This document shows, one piece after another, positions 55,448 through 64,000 of a stretch of 64,000 nt of DNA. The translations under genes were made by a program, and so were the position numbers. The notes under the pieces were generated by a model that worked only from the letters and a program-made list of their open reading frames with translations, was not told where the DNA came from and ran no database searches. The first letter of the stretch is position 1. Each line of letters begins with the position of its first letter. The stretch covers positions 53,651 to 117,650 of the forward strand of contig CAXXSE010000004.1 of NCBI GenBank assembly GCA_963664935.2. The letters run 5' to 3'. The stretch is from Methylococcales bacterium (GTDB taxonomy: Bacteria > Pseudomonadota > Gammaproteobacteria > Methylococcales > G963664935).

Positions 55448-56470
55448 CTAATAGTTACGTTGAACCGAAAACCTGGCTAATTCGACCATGGCCTGCTTAT
55501 ATTCGGATTCGGGCAGGAGTTTTAATGCGTCGATAGCTTTTTGCGCTTCTTCCCGCGCGCGGTGTTGAGTGTACGTGATGGCATCCGTTAATTCAACAAT
55601 GGCGAAGATCTCGCTAAACGAACTGGTATCGCTGTTTTCTAGTGCGTTTTTGATAACCGTCGCTTGTGCTTTCGAACTGTTGCGTAAAGCGTAAATGAGA
55701 GGCAGGGTTGGTTTCCCTTCTGAAAGGTCGCCTCCAAGGTTTTTCCCTGTTTGTTCAGGGTCAGCGCTATAGTCCAAAACATCATCTATGAGTTGAAACG
55801 CAATACCTAAGTGTAAACCGTAGTCACCTAATGCGGCTACGACCGGTTCTGAAGCACCCGCCAAAACGGCGCCAAGCCGCGAAGCCGCGCTGAACAGAAT
55901 AGCTGTTTTGCGGGAAATGACCTTTAGATAATCTTCTTCACTGGTTGCTGGATTATTAATATTGAGAAGCTGGAGCACTTCGCCTTCGGCAATGGCCGTT
56001 GTCGTTTGCGCCAATAAAGCCATCACCCGCATGCTATCAACACGAATCATCATTTCGAAGGAACGGGATAAAAGGAAATCGCCAACCAATACGCTAGCCG
56101 CATTGCCCCACAACGTGTTGACGGTTTCATGCCCGCGCCTAAGATCTGATTTATCAACGACATCATCGTGTAATAACGTTGCCGTGTGAATAAACTCAAT
56201 CACCGCCGCAAGAATAAAGTGGTGGTCATCAGGGTAATCCAGAGCTTTTGAGGCGAGCAACAGGAGCATGGGGCGGAGCCGTTTCCCACCGCTGTTTACG
56301 ATATATTTTCCGATTTGGTTAATCAGTAAGACGTCGGAGCTAAGTTCGTCAATAATGATTTGATCGACAATTTTTGCTTCCGCTTCGGTTAGCTTACGAA
56401 TTTTATCAAAATCAATCGGCTTGTCGTTTTCAATAATTGTTTTTGCCTGGCAAGTCTTCAAAGAAGTCAT
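55448..56470 (-). CDS. ispB: Octaprenyl-diphosphate synthase
   Basis: The polyprenyl synthase motifs are LLHDDVVD and FQLIDDVLD. It is divergent from rplU, as in E. coli and Pseudomonas. Confidence 0.9.
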   Translation of the reverse strand: MTSLKTCQAKTIIENDKPIDFDKIRKLTEAEAKIVDQIIIDELSSDVLLINQIGKYIVNSGGKRLRPMLLLLASKALDYPDDHHFILAAVIEFIHTATLLHDDVVDKSDLRRGHETVNTLWGNAASVLVGDFLLSRSFEMMIRVDSMRVMALLAQTTTAIAEGEVLQLLNINNPATSEEDYLKVISRKTAILFSAASRLGAVLAGASEPVVAALGDYGLHLGIAFQLIDDVLDYSADPEQTGKNLGGDLSEGKPTLPLIYALRNSSKAQATVIKNALENSDTSSFSEIFAIVELTDAITYTQHRAREEAQKAIDALKLLPESEYKQAMVELARFSVQRNY

Positions 56471-56685
56471 GAACTAAGGTTTGGTTTTCCTTTCGGGATA
56501 TCCGAATCCTATGGGTACCCGAAGTTGCTGTCAAGAAAAACGGGCTATTCTATGCCATTATTGCAATATTACCACTATTTTTTTATTGCGAGGTTAGAAT
56601 TCACGAGAAATGGAATTGACCAATCAAATTAAAACCGCTAAAATCCACTGCTTTGGTCGGTTTTATTATTCGGAGCGTAACGCAG

Positions 56686-57000
56686 ATGTATGCGGTCTTT
56701 CAAACAGGTGGGAAACAATACCGGGTTGGTACCGGGCAAACTATAAAAGTCGAAAAACTCGGCGTCGAATCTGGTGATACCATTGAATTCGATAAGGTGC
56801 TTATGGTCCAATCGGATCAAGGCGCCAAGGTAGGTACACCCTTTATTGAGGGTGGCAAAGTCAGCGCCACGGTCAAAGCAAACGGCCGCCACAAAAAAAT
56901 TAATATTCTCAAATTTAAAAGACGTAAGCAATATATGCGACATATGGGCCATCGTCAATATTATACAGAAGTCGAAATTACTGAAATCGTTGGCGGTTAA
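56686..57000 (+). CDS. rplU: 50S ribosomal protein L21
   Basis: It starts [14 protein letters not shown]. The start is at the internal ATG of ORF 56653-57000. Confidence 0.95.
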   Translation: MYAVFQTGGKQYRVGTGQTIKVEKLGVESGDTIEFDKVLMVQSDQGAKVGTPFIEGGKVSATVKANGRHKKINILKFKRRKQYMRHMGHRQYYTEVEITEIVGG

Positions 57001-57022
57001 AATTTGAACGGAGGGGATAGAA

Positions 57023-57280
57023 ATGGCGCATAAAAAAGCAGGTGGCAGTTCGAAAAATGGTCGCGATTCACAATCGAAGCGCCTTGGTGTTAAACGGTAT
57101 GGTGGGCAGTCGGTGAAGGCTGGTAATATTCTCGTTCGACAACGGGGCACTCGTTTTCATCCCGGGACCAATGTAGGTTGTGGTAAAGATCATACCCTGT
57201 TCGCCACCTCAGATGGGCATGTTCAATTTGAAGTGAAAGGGCCCAAAAACCGGAAGTTTATAAGTGTGGTACAGGGTTAA
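57023..57280 (+). CDS. rpmA: 50S ribosomal protein L27
   Basis: It reads [24 protein letters not shown] ... RQRGT. Confidence 0.95.
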   Translation: MAHKKAGGSSKNGRDSQSKRLGVKRYGGQSVKAGNILVRQRGTRFHPGTNVGCGKDHTLFATSDGHVQFEVKGPKNRKFISVVQG

Positions 57281-57409
57281 AGTTTTAGTCCTAAGCTAAA
57301 AGGCTAAAAACGGCTCCGTACGAAAGAGAGAGCCGAGAAAAGGATTCCTAATTTCTTTTTTCATTCCGACGATTCCTTTATTTCTTCGCTTAAGCCCACT
57401 GCCAAGTAG

Positions 57410-58453
<1,044 letters not shown>

Positions 58454-58497
58454 CTCACAATTATTACTCTCGACCTAAAGCGAAAAACTGTTTAAAA

Positions 58498-59622
58498 ATG
58501 CGGGCCAGATCAGACTTTGTTAACGCCCGGCGTATCGTTGTTAAGATTGGCAGCTCCCTTCTGACCGAAAGTGACAAAGGGCTCGATACCTTGTCGATTG
58601 CCTGTTGGGTGGAGCAAATGGCCATCCTACGCCAAAAGGGCGCTGAAATCTTATTGGTTTCTTCCGGGTCCGTTGCGGAAGGGATGTGCCGTTTAGGATG
58701 GAGCGTTCGCCCCCAAACCCTTCATCGGCTTCAAGCGGCCGCATCGGTTGGGCAAATGGGATTGATTCAAACCTATGAATCGCATTTCAAAACCCACGGT
58801 CTTCTCACCGCGCAGGTTTTGCTCACCCATGAAGATCTGTCCAATCGTCAACGCTATCTTAATGCCAGAAGCACATTGCTGACCTTATTGACGCTTGGCG
58901 TCATTCCGGTCATCAATGAAAACGATGTTGTCGCCACCGATGAAATCCGTTTAGGCGATAACGATACTTTGGCGGCTCTGGTATCGAACTTGGTGGAATC
59001 AGATTTACTGATTATTTTAACCGATCAACTGGGCCTTTTTGAACGAGATCCATCCCTTGATCCCAGCGCGTCCATGATTCCCGAAATTGGCATCAATGAT
59101 TCTCGTCTCGAGAGTATGGCCGGAGGAAGCCGTACAGGATTTGGGCGCGGTGGAATGAATACAAAAATTCGCGCTGCTAGATTGGCTTCCCGTTCCGGGA
59201 CGCCCACTGTAATCGCCTCAGGCCGTGAACCTAGGATAATTTCCCAGATTACCCAAGCGAAATCCGTGGGTACTTTTCTGATTCCTGACATCGAACCGTT
59301 GGTGGCCCGAAAACGTTGGTTGGCCGGGCAGCTTCAAGTGAAAGGCGTGTTAACGCTGGACCCAGGTGCGGTACGCGTATTAAAGCTTGCGGGAAAAAGT
59401 TTGCTGTGTGTTGGCGTTATCCGAGTAGAAGGCCAATTTAAGCGCGGCGAATTGGTTTCTTGCGTAGACGCGGCGGGCCGTGAAATCGCCCGGGGATTGG
59501 TGAATTACTCCGCCGAAGAATCACAAAAACTGAAGCAGCAGCCGAGTTCGCGGATCAAGGATTTACTCGGGTACGAGGATGGACCGGAACTCATTCATAG
59601 GGATAATTTGGTTCTGGTGTAA
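58498..59622 (+). CDS. proB: Glutamate 5-kinase
   Basis: It has [31 protein letters not shown] and a C-terminal PUA domain. Confidence 0.9.
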   Translation: MRARSDFVNARRIVVKIGSSLLTESDKGLDTLSIACWVEQMAILRQKGAEILLVSSGSVAEGMCRLGWSVRPQTLHRLQAAASVGQMGLIQTYESHFKTHGLLTAQVLLTHEDLSNRQRYLNARSTLLTLLTLGVIPVINENDVVATDEIRLGDNDTLAALVSNLVESDLLIILTDQLGLFERDPSLDPSASMIPEIGINDSRLESMAGGSRTGFGRGGMNTKIRAARLASRSGTPTVIASGREPRIISQITQAKSVGTFLIPDIEPLVARKRWLAGQLQVKGVLTLDPGAVRVLKLAGKSLLCVGVIRVEGQFKRGELVSCVDAAGREIARGLVNYSAEESQKLKQQPSSRIKDLLGYEDGPELIHRDNLVLV

Positions 59623-59657
59623 TTGTAACCGTTCACGGCCACCTTTTTTCAAGTCTC

Positions 59658-59927
59658 TTAAGAGGCTTTCAATGCCAGGATTTTAGTATTCAAGCGGCTT
59701 TTGCTACGGGCGGCTTTGTTTTTATGGACTAAGCCTTTGTTTACCGCGGAGTCGAGTACAGGTACAGCCTTTAGAAATGCTTCTTGGGCCTTGTCGGCAT
59801 CGCCGTTCTTGATTCCCGTAATGACGTTTTTGAGAGAGGTACGCATTCTGCTGCGCAATGATACGTTATGCACACGCCGTTTTTCGGCCTGCCGAGCGCG
59901 TTTTCTTGCCGATGAAGTATTAGCCAT
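59658..59927 (-). CDS. rpsT: 30S ribosomal protein S20
   Basis: It starts [21 protein letters not shown]. The start is at M33 of the ORF-track ORF. Confidence 0.9.
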   Translation of the reverse strand: MANTSSARKRARQAEKRRVHNVSLRSRMRTSLKNVITGIKNGDADKAQEAFLKAVPVLDSAVNKGLVHKNKAARSKSRLNTKILALKAS

Positions 59928-60192
59928 TCTGTTCCCTAAAGTACATGAAATAAAAAACAGCCCATTATCTTTTTGTTTTGAATCGCTGTCAATGATTAGA
60001 TCATCTGTTTTTAGATTCAACAAATTATTATACTACGCGGCGTCTGGAAATTGTTTGCCACTTTTGTTGTTTTGAAATGAAGTGGACGACCAGATCTCCA
60101 TAGGCCTATAGTGAAAAAAATCTTAAATCTCAGCGCAATGTTAATTTAGATGGGTAATTCTATTATGAAGTTTATACCAAACGATTCATAAC

Positions 60193-61728
60193 ATGCAGCT
60201 GTTCAAATCCACCGCGATAGTCGGAAGTATGACGTTCATTTCCCGCATTATGGGTTTCATCCGCGATATGTTATTTGCCAGAATATTCGGTGTGGATGCG
60301 GGTACCGACGCGTTTTTTGTGGCTTTTAAAATTCCTAATTTTTTGCGTCGATTGTTTGCTGAAGGGGCATTCTCTCAAGCTTTTGTCCCAGTTCTTTCAG
60401 AATTTAAGGAGACCAAAGACAAACAAGCGATACGCGATTTTATTAACCGTACGGGAGGCACTCTGGCATTAATCTTGATGGGTGTTACCATCGTCGGAGT
60501 TGCGGGCGCCCCCCTACTGATTATGGCTTTTGCTCCCGGGTTTTTATGGGAAGGGAGGCAATTCGATTTGGCGGTGGAAATGCTGAGAATAACCTTTCCG
60601 TATCTGTTCTTTATTTCATCGGTCGCCTTTGCCGGTGGAATTCTCAACACCTATGGTCGTTTCGCGGTTCCTGCGTTTACCCCCGTATTTTTAAATATTT
60701 GTCTGATTTTCGCCGCGGTTTGGGTTTCTCCAATGATGGCGGAGCCGATCACTGCCTTAGCCTGGGGGGTATTCGCCGCAGGTATCGTACAATTATTGTT
60801 TCAGTTTCCGGCGCTCTGGAAATTGGGCTTGGTTCCACGATTGCGATTTGGTTTTTACGATACGGGTGTTAAAAAAATAATCTATTTAATGCTGCCCGCT
60901 ATTTTTGGTGTATCCATTACCCAGATCAATTTACTATTCGATACTCTAATTGCTTCATTTTTAGCCTCCGGCAGCGTTTCCTGGCTTTACTTCTCGGATC
61001 GTCTGGTTGAGTTCCCGCTGGGTGTTTTCGGGATAGCCTTGGCCACGGTCATATTACCCACGCTGTCAAAAAGCCATGCGGCAAACGACAAAACTTCCTT
61101 CTCTCACTCGCTGGACTGGGGGTTGCGCTGGGTATTTTTGATTGGAACCCCTTCCGCAATCGGATTGGTCATCCTTGCCAAACCCGTGTTGTCAACTTTA
61201 TTCCAATACAATGAGTTTAACCAATTCGACGTTGAAATGGCCGGACAAAGTTTAATGGCCTATTCCGTTGGATTACTAGGATTCATTTTGGTGAAGGTTT
61301 TAGTGCCTGGTTTTACCGCGCGGCAAGACATGAGAACACCGGTTCGAATCGGTATACTCGCAATGTTGACAAATATGGTATTGAATGTCGCTTTAGTATT
61401 CCATTTTAAACATGCCGGTCTGGCTTTGGCGACCTCGCTATCCGCTTTTATCAATGCGGGCTTTTTGTTATCAAGTCTATTACGCGATGCTGTTTATAGG
61501 CCCGAGCCCGGCTGGATTTTGTTTTCAATCAGAATAGTTTTTGCTTGTGGAATGATGGCGTTCCTACTTATTTATGGAGTGGATACGGAAGTTTGGTACG
61601 CCTGGGGTATGTTGGAACGCTCCTGGAATCTGTTTCTGTGGATCACGTCCGGAATCGTAATATACTTTGTTAGTTTATGGGTGTTCGGCATGCGGTGGAT
61701 CCATTTGACGATTCAAACCGATGTTTGA
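60193..61728 (+). CDS. murJ: Lipid II flippase MurJ (MviN)
   Basis: 511 aa and polytopic, with the N-terminus SMTFISRIMGFIRDMLFARIFG ... DAFFVAFKIPNFLRRLFAEGAFSQAFVP. Confidence 0.9.
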   Translation: MQLFKSTAIVGSMTFISRIMGFIRDMLFARIFGVDAGTDAFFVAFKIPNFLRRLFAEGAFSQAFVPVLSEFKETKDKQAIRDFINRTGGTLALILMGVTIVGVAGAPLLIMAFAPGFLWEGRQFDLAVEMLRITFPYLFFISSVAFAGGILNTYGRFAVPAFTPVFLNICLIFAAVWVSPMMAEPITALAWGVFAAGIVQLLFQFPALWKLGLVPRLRFGFYDTGVKKIIYLMLPAIFGVSITQINLLFDTLIASFLASGSVSWLYFSDRLVEFPLGVFGIALATVILPTLSKSHAANDKTSFSHSLDWGLRWVFLIGTPSAIGLVILAKPVLSTLFQYNEFNQFDVEMAGQSLMAYSVGLLGFILVKVLVPGFTARQDMRTPVRIGILAMLTNMVLNVALVFHFKHAGLALATSLSAFINAGFLLSSLLRDAVYRPEPGWILFSIRIVFACGMMAFLLIYGVDTEVWYAWGMLERSWNLFLWITSGIVIYFVSLWVFGMRWIHLTIQTDV

Positions 61729-61763
61729 GAAAACTGGATTTATGTCTCAATGGGCAAAACGCT

Positions 61764-62696
61764 ATGAATATTCTCCGTGGTCTAGATAACCTAAAATCGC
61801 CTGGTCACGGCTGTGCCGTAACGATTGGGAACTTCGATGGCGTCCACCAAGGTCACCGGTTTGTTATTGAAACATTAGTTCAATACGCTAAACAACGGGG
61901 CTTACCCGTGGCTATCGTTTTATTCGAACCACAACCTTTGGAATATTTCTTAAAGGATCAGGCGCCTGCCCGTCTGACACGGCTAAAGGAAAAATTGATC
62001 CATTTGGCCGTGTTCCCGGTAGATCTTGTAGTACTATTACGCTTCGATAAAAAATTGGCGGAGCTCGAACCGGAAACTTTTATTCGGAGACTATTGATTG
62101 ATGGTTTAAATACCCAATATTTGGCGGTAGGTGATGATTTCCGTTTTGGCAAGAATCGCAAAGGCGATATTTCGCTACTCAAAGAGGTGGGGCGAAAACA
62201 AGGGTTTGCGGTCGAAAACCTTCCATCCTTTCGCTTCGACAATGATAGGGTGAGCAGTACATCGATTCGGCATGCTCTGGAAGCGGGCCGCTTAGATCGT
62301 GCGCGGGATTTTCTGGGTCGCCGATACTCAGTGTGGGGTAGGGTGATCGAAGGGGCGAAACGTGGTCGCCTAATTGGATTTCCAACGGCCAATATTCGGA
62401 TGTATCGAGAAAATACTCCTGTTAAAGGGGTGTTTGCCGTTACAATGACAGGTATTGATAACCGTGAGATAAGCGGTGTGGCCAATGTCGGAACCCGTCC
62501 GACCGTGGATGGTTCTCAATTATTATTGGAAGTGCATTTATTCGATTTTCAAGCCGACATTTATGGCCGGTTTGTGGAAATTCACTTCTGGCAAAAAATC
62601 CGAGATGAAAAACGTTTCGATTCATTTGAAGAATTAAAAAAACAAATAGAAAATGATGCACTAATTGCAAGAAAACTGTTTCAAAAACTGGATTAA
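61764..62696 (+). CDS. ribF: Bifunctional riboflavin kinase / FMN adenylyltransferase
   Basis: It has TIGNFDGVHQGH, GDDFRFG and GFPTAN. The ATG at 61764 is preferred because the ORF-track start overlaps murJ. Confidence 0.9.
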   Translation: MNILRGLDNLKSPGHGCAVTIGNFDGVHQGHRFVIETLVQYAKQRGLPVAIVLFEPQPLEYFLKDQAPARLTRLKEKLIHLAVFPVDLVVLLRFDKKLAELEPETFIRRLLIDGLNTQYLAVGDDFRFGKNRKGDISLLKEVGRKQGFAVENLPSFRFDNDRVSSTSIRHALEAGRLDRARDFLGRRYSVWGRVIEGAKRGRLIGFPTANIRMYRENTPVKGVFAVTMTGIDNREISGVANVGTRPTVDGSQLLLEVHLFDFQADIYGRFVEIHFWQKIRDEKRFDSFEELKKQIENDALIARKLFQKLD

Positions 62697-62745
62697 GGAG
62701 TCTGTTCCAGATTCCTAACTCAATCAGCCACTCCGAAAACCGCAA

Positions 62746-64000
62746 ATGGATTACAAACAAACCCTTAATTTACCGAAAACATCATTTCCCATGAAGGGAA
62801 ACCTTTCCCAGCGGGAACCTGTCCGTCTGAAGAAATGGCAGGAAATAGGGCTGTACCAAAAAATTCGAGAAAAATTCAGTGGTCGTTCCACATTCATTCT
62901 CCACGACGGTCCACCGTATGCCAATGGGGCGATCCATATCGGTCACGCGGTTAATAAAATACTTAAAGATATCATCATCAAGAGTAAATCATTCGGTGGC
63001 TTTGATGCTCCGTATATTCCTGGTTGGGACTGCCATGGCTTACCCATCGAATTGATGGTGGAAAAGAAGATCGGAAAGGCTGACGTGAAGGTGACTGCCG
63101 GGGAATTTCGCAAAGCCTGTCGCCAATACGCTTCAAAACAGATTGATTTACAGCGGGAGGAATTTGTCCGTTTGGGTGTTTTCGGCGAGTGGGCAACGCC
63201 TTATTTGAGTATGGATTTCCGGTTTGAAGCCAACACTATTCGTGCTCTGGGTAAAATTATTGCTAAAGGTCATTTAAAGAAGGGGGCGAAACCGGTCCAT
63301 TGGTGTACCGATTGTGGTTCAGCATTAGCGGAAGCCGAAGTCGACTACGAAAACAAGCATTCATCGGCGATCGATGTGCGCTTCAATGTGATAGATCCTA
63401 AAGATTTACTTGAGCGATGCCATCATTCTCCAGGAAGTGAAGGCGCCTCCCCTATCTCCGTTGTAATTTGGACCACCACGCCGTGGACCTTGCCCGCCAA
63501 CGAAGCCGTCGCTCTTAATCCTGATTTGGAATATGCCGTTGTCGAGTGCGAAAGAAAAGGTCGCTTGGAATGTTTCGTTCTCGCTGAGGAGTTGCTGAAG
63601 GATACAATGCTGCGTTATGGAATCGACGATTACAGGGTCGTTGCCTATTGCAAAGGTTCGGCCTTAGAACATACAGAACTACAGCATCCTTTCTATCCGC
63701 GTAAAGTCCCCGTTATTCTCGGAAATCACGTTACCCTTGAAGCGGGAACCGGCGCGGTTCATACCGCCCCCGGGCACGGTCAGGATGACTTTATCGTGGG
63801 TTTAAAATATGGGTTACCCGTTAACAACCCGGTTGCGGATAATGGAACCTTTCTACCGAGTACGGAAATTTTCGGGGGAGAACACGTTTTTAACGCTAAC
63901 GATCATGTAGTGGAGATATTACAACAACGCGGCGCGTTGGTGCACATGGAGACCATCGAACACAGCTATCCCCACTGCTGGCGGCATAAAATCCCAATTA
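62746..64000 (+). CDS. ileS: Isoleucine-tRNA ligase, 5' partial (runs off the window)
   Basis: It starts [20 protein letters not shown] and has [19 protein letters not shown] (the HIGH motif). The frame stays open to the window end. It is absent from the ORF track because no stop is reached. Confidence 0.9.
   Translation, partial: MDYKQTLNLPKTSFPMKGNLSQREPVRLKKWQEIGLYQKIREKFSGRSTFILHDGPPYANGAIHIGHAVNKILKDIIIKSKSFGGFDAPYIPGWDCHGLPIELMVEKKIGKADVKVTAGEFRKACRQYASKQIDLQREEFVRLGVFGEWATPYLSMDFRFEANTIRALGKIIAKGHLKKGAKPVHWCTDCGSALAEAEVDYENKHSSAIDVRFNVIDPKDLLERCHHSPGSEGASPISVVIWTTTPWTLPANEAVALNPDLEYAVVECERKGRLECFVLAEELLKDTMLRYGIDDYRVVAYCKGSALEHTELQHPFYPRKVPVILGNHVTLEAGTGAVHTAPGHGQDDFIVGLKYGLPVNNPVADNGTFLPSTEIFGGEHVFNANDHVVEILQQRGALVHMETIEHSYPHCWRHKIPI

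Overview
The window is gammaproteobacterial chromosome, with G+C in the low-to-mid 40s % judged from sampled lines. Two conserved housekeeping stretches flank a heavily rearranged accessory region. The left core (2.6-31.6 kb) holds an NAD-linked Mo-formate dehydrogenase (fdsA plus a NuoE/NuoF-like fused beta subunit), mobA, fdhD, a fused SoxYZ-like carrier, a tandem-CHASE hybrid kinase, ubiG, yciK, sufT, rraA and rapA. The right core (51.2-64 kb) holds ybbP-ybbA/tesA, tRNA-Pro(CGG), ispB, rplU-rpmA-obg-proB, rpsT, murJ, ribF and ileS, in Pseudomonas-like order. Between rapA and ybbP (31.6-50.8 kb) lies a mosaic of mobile DNA. It contains two kinds of IS91-family elements, one interrupted by an IS21 element with an 8-bp target duplication. 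It also contains an IS4-family element with a 13-bp duplication, an inverted rve-type IS plus MITE, a probable group II intron 5' fragment, five type II toxin-antitoxin modules and a decayed PEP-CTERM-type exopolysaccharide locus. The best candidate for something undescribed is a ~2.1-kb G+C-rich foreign block (34.2-36.3 kb). It carries a TIR-gene remnant directly upstream of an intact 5-TM protein with a Rossmann-like (LOG/SLOG/NDT-like) C-terminal domain. A second candidate is the cluster of a MutS-like membrane ATPase, a PP2C phosphatase and a Sel1/coiled-coil/caspase lipoprotein (18.2-23.1 kb). The window has an unusually high number of disrupted genes. Some carry in-frame TAA/TAG codons, which points to real decay. 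Many carry frameshifts inside homopolymer runs, which could be sequencing error. No CRISPR array, rRNA or prophage structural genes were seen. All family assignments come from reading motifs, not from searches.
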